NCBI GenBank assembly: GCA_964016885.1
Contig: CAXHJY010001398.1
Span: 1-53,314 of the forward strand
Direction of reading: 5' to 3'
Source: Eledone cirrhosa
Taxonomy: Eukaryota
Length of the DNA: 53,314 bases
A program made the translations under genes and the position numbers. Below, piece after piece: positions 15,305-29,422 of the stretch. Numbering within the stretch: position 1 is the stretch's first letter; each line of letters starts with the position of its first letter. Under the pieces are notes generated by a model. The model saw only the letters and a list, made by a program, of their open reading frames with translations, ran no database searches and was not told the DNA's origin.

Positions 15305-17976
15305 CTAATGGGTACGATTTGTACTACTAGAACATTTGGGTTTATAATAAAAGTAAGAATTAGAAATTGCATGGGGGCAAGAAGAGAATATCTCAGACTT
15401 TCTATTCAGTAAGGGTACGCTAGCGAAAATAATAGAGTGTGTCTCAAGTATACAGAGATTACAAAACTTACTATGTGCAGAAAGGTGGTTAGATCGTGCT
15501 ACTAAACTCCAGTTAAGGCTATATGGTATACAAGCTCCCTTAAGGTCCCAGATATAATGCGCTAGAGAGGTAGAATTCTTAAACCTAATATGTTTGAAGT
15601 TAGAGACATGAGAGTTAAACCTAGTCTTAAAGGTGTTTGAAGTAGATCCTATATATGTTCCTTTAGAGGAATTAGTTATAACCTCACAAGCATAGACTAT
15701 GTTTTTAGAAAGGCAGTTACCGTTTAGAGGGCAGTTAGCACTCACTCTACAATTGCACTTCCGGGTGTTATTGGTTGGCTCAAGTGGTGATGTAGTGCAC
15801 CTAGGACCTCTATTAGATAAGGACTGTTCTGGTGGTAAAGTATTGTCCGATGCATTCGGGCTATTACTCTGCAGAGAGGAGAATCCATCCCTAATCTTCC
15901 TATTATTAGTGCTAGCTAAATGAGAACTAATATTAGGGGTGGTAGAGAATGATAGTTTAATAACATTTTTATTAAAAATACCATGGTATTTGTGAGAAGG
16001 GGGGAAATTTTTCTCCAGGATAGTGAAGAAAGACCTAGGGATATTAGTTGATACATCCTGGTTATATGGCGGGTTGAAATAAGTATTCAATCGCCTTCTA
16101 TTTTTATTTTTATTCCTATCGACCCTACCTCTATCAAAAGTCACACCTTCAAGACTAGGGTTACTATCAGGAATATTTGAAGCCGCATTCATAGAATCAG
16201 CCATAATTACATTATGCCTATTATATTTTCTACCTCCAGTAGATCCACTGTTGTTCAGAGTCCCTACAAGAGGATTAAGGCCAATGATAGGATCAGTAGG
16301 AGCAACATTACTAGAACAAGATCCAGCCAAACCAACACCAATGCGTGAGCGCACAGGGGGCTCGACTTGTCTCTTAGAGGTATTATATTTGTTACTACGA
16401 GTCCGGTGGGATAACCTATGGGTGGGTTCAGATACTCCTATATAAGTTCTACGGTTACTAAGTTTGCTACTCACATTCATAGCCATGTTATGTGATATAA
16501 TGTTATTATTATTAAGAGTAAGCGGAGACTTTCTAAAGTTACTATTATTATAATTTATTTTACTAGAGTGACCTGAATTTGCTAGGGCGTTATTGTAGTA
16601 CTCCGCATGCTCATTAAAAGTTCCTATGTCCTTAGATAGTGTGGAAATCCTATTAGAAACGCCCTTAATTATAGAGTTTATCATAGACTTAGGGTGGTTA
16701 GAATTTCATTAGGCTTATGGAAGGGTTTAAAACTATTAGTGGCCAAGTCCAAAGTCACATCTAAAAAGTTAACCGCTCTATCATTTCTATCTATCGTGAT
16801 TGAAAGGTTGTAGTTATTAAAAAACTTATAAAGCTTCTTCTTATTACGTTCTACATTGTTGGTACTAGAGTTAATTATAAACAATGCATCATCACGATAT
16901 AGTCCGCCTACAAGGTGCGGGAAGGTAGCGTATAGTTCGTTAAGGAGGAACAACCCAACAAGATCAGTAACCTGGGCCGAATCGCTCGAACCCATTGTAA
17001 CGTCGAAATTATTGGGCGTGTTTTTACGGGTCCAAAAAGAGTCCTCAAATTTAATAATAGTTTTATGGGCTGCTAGTATAATATCTACCTGCGATCGTGT
17101 AAGGCTGGACACTCTCATGGCCAACATTAAGGCTTTATTGAGGAGGATGGGTGAAATTGATGTGTAGTAGGCATCAATATCGAATTGGATAAACTTATTA
17201 GATTCAAGTCTATTAATCCCAGAGAACCAATCTATAACTTCCCTAGTGTTCCCCCATAAGTTAAAATTAACCCTATTCCTAACATCTGGTATAATAAGGT
17301 CAAGGATTTTTTTACTGATAATGGCTATATCCGACTTAGAAGGACAGATAAGTCTAACTGAGGGGTTACTAATAAAATCAACCTTATGGTCCTTAAGTGT
17401 GAATCTCGGTTCTCGAGGGTAATAAGGCTGGGTATACTTATCGAGTGTGAGGTCAGAGACTATTCTGAGGCCCTCACTATTGATGTGGTTCAAATTCTCA
17501 AGCGTAGTTTTTTTATAGTTTCTATATAACTCTTTATAAATAAAATCGCGGTATGTACTATAGTCCATGGAGTATAGATTCTTAGTCTTATCTGCCGGGA
17601 CCAGAATGGACTTATTCTCCCCGAAACCCTTAACAATACTTTTAAGTCTGGACTGGAATTTATCAAATTTACTATTGTTTCTATGTCTATCATTTGGCCT
17701 AAACCTAACATTTTTAACCATGGAGAGTAGGTCACTTTCAAAACTGTCTAATAGTATGTTGTGTGGTGGGCTCTTATACGTTTTGAAGCCGTAGCTATTA
17801 AACTTAGTTCTAATCCTGGGGTCGTTCCTATTCTTATTACTATCGTAGTGAAACGCACGCCATCTAATCCTTTGTACAAAGGAGTTAACACTAGCTATCA
17901 GTAGTTTTTGGTAAGTATTCCTAGAGGGGGTGGGAATATTTTTCAGAGATAAAGGCAAGTAACTCTTTGTCAGCAT
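15305..17976 (-). pseudogene. PLE-2 RT + GIY-YIG-like endonuclease, split by one frameshifting deletion near 16700
   Basis: ORF 16681-17976 (SLKNIP, TLKDHK, FDIDAYY, TMGSSDSAQVTDL, YRDD) and ORF 15305-16684 (FNPPY, CNCRVSANCPLNGNC, IVY..YIG..FKTRFNSH, CNLC, CPH); KPNEI|SNHP junction lacks residues present in PLE-1. Confidence 0.9.
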
Positions 17977-18200
17977 ACTGTCAGATAAAAATATATAGAG
18001 GCCAAAATGCCAGTAAATATGTGAGTAAGCTCAACCTATCGGGAGCAGTTACAAGGATTAGAATACTGGAGTGTGTTTGAGTCAAACACCCTCTTCGTAT
18101 TATAGAAATGACAGTAAAAGGTATAGCTCAATGCAGTTAAACAGAGCCGAAAAATTAAGAGAGTAAAACAAAGAATCCTTTAATACATCAAAAGTTTTTA

Positions 18201-18243
18201 TTAGCCGACAATGTTTCGTCCTATTAAGGACTCATCAGGGCAA
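18201..18243 (-). ncRNA. Minimal type I hammerhead ribozyme (PLE-2 5' pLTR)
   Basis: Same sequence as 13076-13118. Confidence 0.9.
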
Positions 18244-18571
18244 TCAAAACAACAAGAGGTAATTTCGGCAGATACAAGCCAGAAACTCTGAAGAATATGG
18301 AGTTTACATACACTAATGTTTTACAAGGATATACGATAATAAAAATGAAGATAAAACTAATAAAATTATAATAACTAAGGATGTAGATAACATTAAGAAC
18401 CATATTACAAATATAGTCCAAAGTCACCAACTTAAATCTAAACAAATTTGGTTATATAGAACAGGAATTATATATAACACAGTATAATACATTATAATAA
18501 TAATATATCTATACCAACACTGAAATTCCAAATCAAAAATCAAAAGGTACAATATATACATGTATATATGT

Positions 18572-18605
<34 letters not shown>

Positions 18606-18889
18606 TACAATACACATATCTATTTTCTATTACACAGAAATTAAGCCTCAAAAATATTAAAAATAAGCATGGTAATAGTGAAAATAATGCTAATACATCT
18701 ACCCAATATACATGGGGCAATAATTACAAGAAACACTTATAATAAATAATAAACAACAAAATTATATAATATAATAAAGTAGAATATATATAAAATAAGA
18801 ATATATATAATCTCCGGTTAATTTACAGAAACAATATAGATGTCACAGTGAAATACAATGATAAGTTGTTAACATTATATTAACAATTA

Positions 18890-19073
18890 ATTGGTGGATT
18901 GGCAGTATCGGTAGAGAGTCGGACGCCATGCTTTCCAACATAGTTACGTCCCTTTACGGTCTGAGTTCAAATCCCGCCGAGGTTAACTTTGCCTTTCATC
19001 CTTACGGGGTCGATAAAATAAAGTACCAGTAATGTACTGGGTATTTGCTGGCCTTGTGCCAAAAGTAGAAACA
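18890..19073 (+). mobile_element. tRNA-derived SINE inserted in the PLE-2 upstream pLTR with a 16-bp target-site duplication
   Basis: Absent from the other pLTR copy (~13775-13791); TSD attatattaacaatta at 18874-18889 and 19074-19089; A-box-like tggcagtatcgg and B-box gagttcaaatcc; resembles octopus SINEs from memory. Confidence 0.88.
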
Positions 19074-20276
19074 ATTATATTAACAATTACCATAATCAAT
19101 ATGTACAACATGGTTCATATTGGGTTACATAATAAATGGGGAAATATAATACAATAATACAATAATACTAAAAAAAACTATATTGGAACAATTATGATGT
19201 TACAGAAAAAATATGTTGTTACAGAAAAAATATATAGACATCTAACATGATATGAAAAGTCTAAATACCATAATGTTACATACTACAATATTAAAATATT
19301 AAAATATTAAGATATTATTAAAATATTAAAATATTAAAAAATATAAAGTTTAAGTATCTTAATGTTATATATAATAAACGGTAAGTAATAAGGATCTATA
19401 TCATAATGTAATATATTTTAAAAATAGGCATATAATATATAAATAAATACTTATAATTTCAAGGTTAGTAGACAGACATATGTGGATGAGCAAAGCCAGA
19501 CAGTGAGTGGTAAATAAAAACAATCAACCGGAAATTACAAAACGAAGCAAATGTTTACACACTTAAGTCCCGCGTGCATTAAGAAATTTGGTAAGCACCC
19601 GGGAAAACGATAATTTTAAATGACTCCCAACCCTATTTGATAAATTAATATTAAAAATATCAAACCCGTCCGATAAGGTAGTATAAAATTAGCTATAGTC
19701 TCAGTCATTAAAGTATATAAAATTTAATATATCGTTACAAATGTTTACAAAAAGGAATAAACGCAACGATATCTAAAAAACTGACTTAAGTAAAGTTAAG
19801 GTAAGCTAATGGGGATAGAATTGACGAAATATATGGAGGGTGCGAAGTAGCATAAAATATATTCGATATACATAAATAATAGATATATAAATAATATATA
19901 AATAATAGAACAGAGCATAAAAGAGTGGGGGGGGGTTAATATAATCATATTTAATCTAGAGGGGTTGACAATAAGTTTATGCGTGCATGGGGGGGGGGGA
20001 AGAAAAGGGGGGGGGGGTTAATAGATAAATCAGAATAGACTTAGAAATAAAAATATAAATAGAATTAAAATTAAAAACAAAAATAAAAATAAAAATAATG
20101 TTAAAATTAAAAATTAAATATACTATAATTATAAATAAATTCGATATACTATAATAATTCGATATACTATAATAAATTATAATAAATTCGATATACTATA
20201 ATAAATAATAGAACAGAGCATAAAAGAGTGGGGGGGGGGTTAATATAATCATATTCAATCTAGGGGGGTTAACAAT

Positions 20277-20420
20277 GCGTTAGCATCAAAGATGTTTTTA
20301 TTAGAAGATATGTTAGATATTCTTTTTCCAATATTACTAACTATAGCATTCTTGATATTGGTAGGATGGTTAGATTTAAAGTTAACATAATTTAGGTTCT
20401 CATTGTTTTTATGGTAGGGG
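20277..20420 (-). pseudogene. Inverted fragment of a PLE RT thumb region
   Basis: Minus strand reads PYHKNNENLNYVNFKSNHPTNIKNAIVSNIGKRISNISSNKNIFDANA, homologous to PLE-1 PYHKPNENLKYINKGSCHPP...ISTLSSSEAIFNKA. Confidence 0.8.
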
Positions 20421-20549
20421 TAATATAGGCCAGTGTCAAGATTGTACTACAATAAAACTCACCTCCTACATTAACTTGCTCCTTAACGGTTGAGCGCTTA
20501 CTCTCATATTGGATACCTTTTGATGGTCTTTTACCTCTTCTTCTACAAC

Positions 20550-21745
20550 ATGGATTATTACAACATAACCAATTCAACTAAAGACATTCCTATACCTGGT
20601 AAATCTGAATTCACCAAACTTCTTATTGAAAAAACTGGTGTAAGAAGAATTAGATGGACAGCCTATTTCTATGACCAGCGCCTAAAAGGGAACTTCCATA
20701 CCAAAGAACATAACTTCCTCGATCATCTATTTAATTCTAGACGAAATCCTCCTTCCAACAAAAATCTAGTACAATTCGAGGAAGAATTAACTAAAATAAT
20801 AAAAAATCTTAAATTCAAGAGATACCCTTACATGATCATTCCAATAATTTTAATAAAAGACCTAGATACAAAAACATAATCTGGTATAATGCTCCTTTCT
20901 CCATCTCTATTAATAACAATATTCCTAAATTATTTTTTAGTGCCTTAAATAAATGCTTCCCTCCCTCACATATCTATAGTAAAATATTTAACAAACACAC
21001 CATCAAATTTTCGTATTCTACATCCTCCAATATTTCCAACATCATCTCTAAACACAACAACAAAATATTAAATACTAAATCTCTTCCTTCCAATATTGAA
21101 TTTCATAATAACAGTAATAGTACTCCTGACGTCATTGTAAACCCTAGGCTAACTTCTGTAAACCCAAATACAACGTCAAACACAACTTCGCTAAATGTTC
21201 ATAATCCAACTCTAAATCAAGAAACTATTATTCCTATTATTCCTATCGCAAACAACTTCTCCAATCCAATTCCTTCTATAGATAACACTAGGTCACTCAT
21301 TAATAATCTCTCTAATTGCAACTGCCGCATTAAAAATAAATGTCCTCTCAACAACCATTGTCTCGATAAAAACTTAATTTATGAATGTAAAGTTATAACT
21401 AGCACCAATTCCTTCACCTATTTTGGCTCCACTTCCACCTCTTTTAAAGCTCGTCTCTATAATCACCATTCATCTTTCAAATACAAACTTAAAAGAACCA
21501 ACACGGCTCTCTCAGAACTCATATGGTCCTTGAAAGACAAAAACATAAATTATACCATCTTTTGGAAGAAGGTTTTTTCTGCATCCTCATACTTGAACAG
21601 CTCTCTATCTAAAATCTGTAATCTCTGCCTAAATGAAAAATTTACCATTATCTCTAATCTAGATTCTATAATAAATAGACGTACAGATTTGTTTTCTATC
21701 TGCCTGCATAAATTCCATAGGACTTTTCACAAAGTATACAGTTAA
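20550..21745 (+). pseudogene. PLE-3 ORF remnant: N-terminus (20550-~20821) fused out of frame to linker + GIY-YIG-like endonuclease (~20822-21745)
   Basis: STKDIPIP..LLIEK..RRIRWTA..FEEEL..IKNLKF, then in another frame IIWYNAPFS..FPPSH..CNCRIKNKCPLNNHC..LIY..YFG..FKARLYNH..CNLCLNEK..CLH. Confidence 0.85.
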
Positions 21746-22786
21746 TATTCAATTCTTTATCAATTTAGAATCTTTTCTCAAAGGCACATATACATACACC
21801 TCTTTAAAATATACCCATCTTCCTACCTTACTTTAAAGGGCATTATACACTCTATAATACTTGTTTACTCATTACCCTCTTTCTATCTTCACCTTGTAAA
21901 ATCCTTCATAACATATACATTTGTTTTTTTGACGTTAGAATATTCATCCGCAATTATTATTATTTTTTCTCTCTATCATAAAACTTTTTAATCTCAATTT
22001 CATCCTTAATTTATTATTTTTTTCTCCCCATCAACGAACTCATTCTTAATACATATTAACTCGTTCTTCGCACATATTATCAATTCCTTCAATATACAAA
22101 CTTTAACTTCACATTATTTTTCTCAAATCCTTCTACACACAAACCTTAATAATTTTTTTTCTCTTCGTTAATTTTGAAATTGCCACAATACTTATCAACA
22201 TACACCTTTTCACGTTAGAATATTCATCCACAATTATTATTTTTTTCTCTCTATCTTCATACATAAACTCCCTCTCTTTCCTCGCAAATATTTTTCCCTT
22301 CGCTAATTTTCAAATTCTTTTAATTCATACATTATCTTCCAACGGTCTCAACCTCTCTATGTAAAACAATATATCTTTTCTCAGTTATAAAAACTATCTC
22401 TTCTCTCTATCACCCATCTCTCCTCTCCACCTTCACTCTCATCTCCTCCCCCTTTTTTCATCCTTTCCACCCCCCTCCCTAAATAAAATATTTTTTCCTT
22501 GTACATATCTTTCCTTCGCTAATTTTCAATTCTTTTAATTTATACATTATCTTCCAACGGTTTTCAACCTCTATGTAAAACAATATATCTTCTCTCAGTT
22601 ATAAAAACTATCTCTTTCTCTCTATCACCCATCTCTCCCTCTCATCTCCTTCCCTTTTTCATCCTCCCCCCCTCTCTAAATAAATATTTTTCCCAATACC
22701 ACACATCAATCTAAAACCACTTTTCATATGTTGATTTAAAACTGCACTATCCACAAGTGTTTTTTAGCCTTCATATCATGTTCTCC

Positions 22787-22858
22787 TGTTTTATCTGATG
22801 AAAACACAAATATTATTGCATGATGATGTTTGTTTTTTGAAATGCGCATAATAAAATA
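22787..22858 (+). ncRNA. Type I hammerhead ribozyme (PLE-3)
   Basis: tgttttat CTGATGA [long AU/GU stem II] GAA ATGCGCAT A ataaaata; perfect palindromic stem III; AUA site. Confidence 0.8.
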
Positions 22859-22888
22859 CATGGAACTCCTTTAACCATCTTTTGATCT

Positions 22889-22930
<42 letters not shown>

Positions 22931-22965
22931 TATATATATATATTCTATATATATATATATTATAT

Positions 22966-22998
<33 letters not shown>

Positions 22999-23094
22999 TT
23001 TTCTAGTCGATCGACTTTCGTCAATCGGACCGAGGAAACTATGTTTCCGTTGGTCTTTCCAATTGCTAATACTATCTATCGGTCGCAACTCCAG

Positions 23095-23221
23095 GTAGAA
23101 GGAGCAATGTGAAATAAAGTGTCTTGCTCAAGGACATAACGCATCGCCTGGTTCAGGAATCGAACTCACAACCTCACGATTGTGAATCGAATACTCTAAC
23201 CACTCAGCCACACGCCTTCAC
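23095..23221 (-). mobile_element. tRNA-derived SINE (head and conserved central domain; 3' part may extend to ~23000)
   Basis: Minus strand: A box tggctgagtgg, B box gagttcgattcc, then tgtccttgagcaagacactt as in V/Meta-type SINE central domains. Confidence 0.75.
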
Positions 23222-23248
23222 AAATAATAATATAATTCACATAATAAT

Positions 23249-24486
<1,238 letters not shown>

Positions 24487-24519
24487 TATTATTATGTAAT
24501 AAACAACATAAGGCAATTA

Positions 24520-24579
24520 TTCCATTTACCAGTGGTTTCTTAAAAGCAAAAGGTTTTGCTTTCAATCCTCAGAATGAAA
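24520..24579 (-). ncRNA. Type I hammerhead ribozyme (PLE-4 inverted arm, distal)
   Basis: Reverse complement of 30646-30705. Confidence 0.8.
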
Positions 24580-24794
24580 AATCCTGGTTTGTTTATTGAA
24601 TATGGATTCTAAAAACAAAAATGCAATATATATGAAAGTGAGGCTGGAAAAGGGAGAAGGAAAGGAAAAATAAAATAAAACTACACATGCAAACACACAA
24701 AAAAAAAAAAAAAAAAAAAAACCCCCAAAAGCATACTTACACACACATACATATATACACATATATATAAATGCACGCATACACATATACATAT

Positions 24795-24838
<44 letters not shown>

Positions 24839-24917
24839 AGCGTACACCTACACACACATACACATATATACACACATATACACATATATACACACATATA
24901 CACATACATATATTCAT

Positions 24918-25013
<96 letters not shown>

Positions 25014-25355
25014 CACACACATACATACATTCACACAAACATACAACGTACATACATACACATACATAAATGTACTCCACTACATATTAACACACGCAAA
25101 TAAGTATAAGAAAAAAATATATAAATATATATTAACAAATTTATGACAGCGATACATGCCCCAGCTAACAGGACAGACACGCGTGGTATGTAATACACAC
25201 ATAAGCACATATACATACGTTCGAAATAGTAAACACATACACACACTCTCACACATAAATATACATATACAAATACATAAACACGTACATACACATACAT
25301 ACACAAACACGTACACGTATACAATATAAACACACACATGTATATGTAATTATAT

Positions 25356-25404
<49 letters not shown>

Positions 25405-25764
25405 CACATATATATATATATATATACATACAAAAATATAAAAATATAAACGCACACACACATATAAATACGTAAACACACATATACATACATAGCTAAA
25501 CAATTATACACATGCAAATACGTATATATCAAAAGAACGCACAACCAAATACAAACACACACACATATATATACACACACACACACCCACACACTAACCC
25601 ACACATACATAAATATAAATAAATACACACGCACACATATACATACATACACATACACACATATACATGTGTGTATGTGTAAAGCTCAGTATTAGATAAG
25701 ACAAATGAACCTTACATAAACGTATATATAGTAGTAAAGTAATAAAGCCATACAAGGCAATTAA

Positions 25765-25823
25765 TCCATTCACCAGAGGTTTCTTAAAAGCAAAAAAAGT
25801 TTCCTTCAATCTTCAGAATGAAA
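25765..25823 (-). ncRNA. Hammerhead-like motif with GUG triplet (PLE-4 inverted arm, proximal)
   Basis: Reverse complement of 29364-29422. Confidence 0.65.
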
Positions 25824-26242
25824 AAAAGGCCTGGTTTATCCACATATACATACATATACACACACAAATATACAAATATATACACACATACAGACACGCA
25901 CACACACATATATATATATACATATACACATATATACAGACATATATACATACATATATATATATATATACATATACATACATATACATACATACATACA
26001 TATATATATATATACATACACAAACATATACGTACACATATACATATATACACACAAAAATACATACACATACACATAGGTATGTGAAGGGCAAAACAAA
26101 AAGAATATATGGGGGGGGGCTAAGAGGAGGTAAAAATATAAGGGGAGGTAAGGGAGAAAAAAAAAATTTAAATATACAAGAGTACAGAAGGTAGAAGCAG
26201 CAAAATAAAAACCGTAGCAAAAGTAAAGGGCAGAGAAGGAGT

Positions 26243-27066
26243 TCAAGGCGGTTGATTTATCGTAGGAGTGTCAATCCAGTTACAGATCAGATGCGATTTC
26301 AGATGAGGACAGCATCTGAAGATCTCAGTCTTAGAGTTAAGGCAAGCGGAAGTGTCTCTCAAGTTTAGCAAAATCCTATACTTTTCTGTGGTACACAAAG
26401 AACAATTCTTTGTGCCCCTTTGGTACTCCCTCGAATGGTCTAATATAGACCAATCAATAGAGTACGGGATATTACTATCCTTGAGATCCCATACCTTACT
26501 TGCGAGAGCCGTTGAAGTTCGTTTATCTGAGTGTTTAAAAGAAGCGACATGTGAGTAAAATCTGGTTTTAAACCTGTCCTGGGTCATACCGACATATCGC
26601 TCGCTTCTGGCTGGCTGGTTGTTGATAACTGGCGTTATTTTAGCCTCATAAACGACAGATTTTGTGTTACATTTACCCTGCAATGGGCATTCATCCGGCT
26701 TCCTGCAACTGCATCCTGGATTTATCCTCGTACGGTTTGAACTGGTGATTTTGGACTTCATGGATGGACAACAAGAGTAGCTGATCTTAACTACATTCCT
26801 ATTAAAAATCTTATAATATCTATGAATAGGAGGAAAATGTTTGTCTAATAGTTCAAGGAATTTCCTTCCTACATTAGTTTTGACATTTAGAGAGAAGGGG
26901 TGTGTGAACCAAATAATCTTCATTTTCCTGTTATTATGGTTAGTTTTAGGGGGGGGGGGAGTAGGTAAATAAGAAATATTTTCTGTAAAACCGCTGTTCT
27001 TAAGGGCTTTATTATAATAAGGGGCGGCTTTATTAAAAATGTCTATAGACGAAGATAAGGTAGAAA
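26243..27066 (-). pseudogene. Inverted copy of the PLE-4 C-terminal region (part of thumb, linker, endonuclease)
   Basis: ORF 26243-26923 matches the 28424-28942 translation. Confidence 0.9.
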
Positions 27067-27083
27067 ATTTGAAAATTAAAAAA

Positions 27084-28942
27084 ACTAAACTTTCTCACGA
27101 TATCTCTAATTTTAGAAATTCTACAAACACTTTCGTTCTTTCTGATAAAACCAAAAACCTCTTTGAAGTTAATAGTAATTTGTATAACCAACTTTTAACT
27201 AATAGTATTACCAATAAATATCAATTAACTAATATTAATAGCTACAATACTATCAATAAAGAAGCTAAAGAACTAGCTAGTTCTTTACAAATAGATAACC
27301 GGATTGAAAGCTTAGCTAAGCGTAAAGCATATATTACCCTTAAAGACCATAAATTGGACTTTACTAATCGACCTAGTTGTAGACTGATTAACCCGGCTAA
27401 ATCCGAGGTTGGCCTTGCTAGTAAGAAAATCTTAAGAAAAATAATTCTCCAAATTAGAACTAACACTGTCCTTTCACAGTGGCTAAATACTTCCTCTGTT
27501 ATTTCTTGGTTCAATAATATACAAGGTAAAAATAAGTGTAGATTTACCCAATTTGATATTGTCGATTTTTACCCTTCTATTACTGTTTCCTTATTAACTA
27601 AAGCCTTAGATTTTGCAAGACCCTTCATTAATATCTCCAAATTAGAAGAGGACATTATCTTTCATGCTAGAAAAACTTTACTTTTTACTAATGATAATAT
27701 TTGGGTTAAAAAGTCAAACCCTGAAAACTCTTTCGATGTTGCAATGGGTTCTTATGACAGTGCGGATGTGTGCGACTTAGTAGGATTATTCCTTCTCCAC
27801 ACACTCAAAGAGAAATTTCCGTCCCATAATATCGGTTTATACCGTGATGACGGATTAGCAGTTTCTCATACCACCAATGGCCATAATCTTGATAAATTCC
27901 GTAAAGATTTAATTAGTACCTTTGCTAATCTTAACCTTAAAATTACTATAGATACGAACCTTACTAATGCTAACTTTCTTGATATTAATCTTGATCTACT
28001 TACTGCCTCTTTTAAACCCTATCATAAACCTAATGAAAATCTTAGGTATATACACAAAGAGTCTTGCCATCCCCCTATATTTTTTAATAATCTTATTCCT
28101 AACATTAGCCGTAGGATTTCTACCTTATCTTCGTCTATAGACATTTTTAATAAAGCCGCCCCTTATTATAATAACGCCCTTAAGAACAGCGGTTTTACAG
28201 AAAATATTTCTTATTTACCTACTCCCCCCCCCCCCCTAAAACTAACCATAATAACAGGAAAAGGAAGATTATTTGGTTCACACCCCCCTTCTCTCTAAAT
28301 GTCAAAACTAATGTAGGAAGGAAATTCCTTGAACTATTAGACAAACATTTTCCTCCTATTCATAGATATTATAAGATTTTTAATAGGAATGTAGTTAAGA
28401 TCAGCTACTCTTGTTGTCCATCCATGAAGTCCAAAATCACCAGTTCAAACCGTACGAGGATAAATCCAGGATGCAGTTGCAGGAAGCCGGATGAATGCCC
28501 ATTGCAGGGTAAATGTAACACAAAATCTGTCGTTTATGAGGCTAAAATAACGCCAGTTATCAACAACCAGCCAGCCAGAAGCGAGCGATATGTCGGTATG
28601 ACCCAGGACAGGTTTAAAACCAGATTTTACTCACATGTCGCTTCTTTTAAACACTCAGATAAACGAACTTCAACGGCTCTCGCAAGTAAGGTATGGGATC
28701 TCAAGGATAGTAATATCCCGTACTCTATTGATTGGTCTATATTAGACCATTCGAGGGAGTACCAAAGGGGCACAAAGAATTGTTCTTTGTGTACCACAGA
28801 AAAGTATAGGATTTTGCTAAACTTGAGAGACACTTCCGCTTGCCTTAACTCTAAGACTGAGATCTTCAGATGCTGTCCTCATCTGAAATCGCATCTGATC
28901 TGTAACTGGATTGACACTCCTACGATAAATCAACCGCCTTGA
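27084..28942 (+). pseudogene. PLE-4 RT + GIY-YIG-like endonuclease, 5'-truncated, with a frameshift in the C-run at ~28224-28236
   Basis: TLKDHK, FDIVDFYPSI, AMGSYDSADVCDL, YRDDG; CSCRKPDECPLQGKC, VVY..YVG..FKTRFYSH, CSLC, CPH. Confidence 0.9.
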
Positions 28943-29363
28943 ACTCCTTCTCTGCCCTTTACTTTTGCTACGGTTTTTATTTTGCTGCTTCTACCTTCTG
29001 TACTCTTGTATATTTAAATTTTTTTTTCTCCCTTACCTCCCCTTATATTTTTACCTCCTCTTAGCCCCCCCCCCCCATATATTCTTTTTGTTTTGCCCTT
29101 CACATACCTATGTGTATGTGTATGTATTTTTGTGTGTATATATGTATATGTGTACGTATATGTTTGTGTATGTATATATATATATATGTATGTATGTATG
29201 TATATGTATGTATATGTATATATATATATATATGTATGTATATATGTCTGTATATATGTGTATATGTATATATATATATGTGTGTGTGCGTGTCTGTATG
29301 TGTGTATATATTTGTATATTTGTGTGTGTATATGTATGTATATGTGGATAAACCAGGCCTTTT

Positions 29364-29422
29364 TTTCATTCTGAAGATTGAAGGAAACTTTTTTTGCTTT
29401 TAAGAAACCTCTGGTGAATGGA
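29364..29422 (+). ncRNA. Hammerhead-like motif with non-cleavable GUG triplet (PLE-4 proximal copy)
   Basis: tttcatt CTGAAGA ttgaagg..cttttaa GAA ACCTCTGGT G aatgga; diverged duplicate of 30646-30705. Confidence 0.65.

Larger units (their letters stand above)
12928..20276 (-). mobile_element. PLE-2: full-length Penelope-like element (probably Hydra clade) with ~2-kb direct pseudo-LTRs (12928-14948 and 18053-20276)
   Basis: Minus-strand RT+EN ORF; long direct repeat at offset 5125; HHR in each repeat; 3' end joins TA. Confidence 0.92.
20421..22890 (+). mobile_element. PLE-3: internally deleted (RT-less) Hydra-type PLE
   Basis: N-terminal coding part joined to the endonuclease part, a pyrimidine-rich 3' UTR with internal duplications, an HHR, then TA. 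Confidence 0.85.

Noticed and set aside
23000-23066. Minus-strand GAAA-gtcgatcgac-TA palindrome preceded by a long hairpin, resembling half a hammerhead
   Set aside because: No CUGANGA/UUGANAA core or stem I at the required position; may be a SINE 3' structure
23140-23221. tRNA gene
   Set aside because: A and B boxes are present, but the sequence continues into a SINE body and no convincing cloverleaf was seen
27039-27083. Apparent start MSIDEDKVENLKIKK of ORF 27039-28298
   Set aside because: Comes from the inverted arm and junction filler, not the real N-terminus
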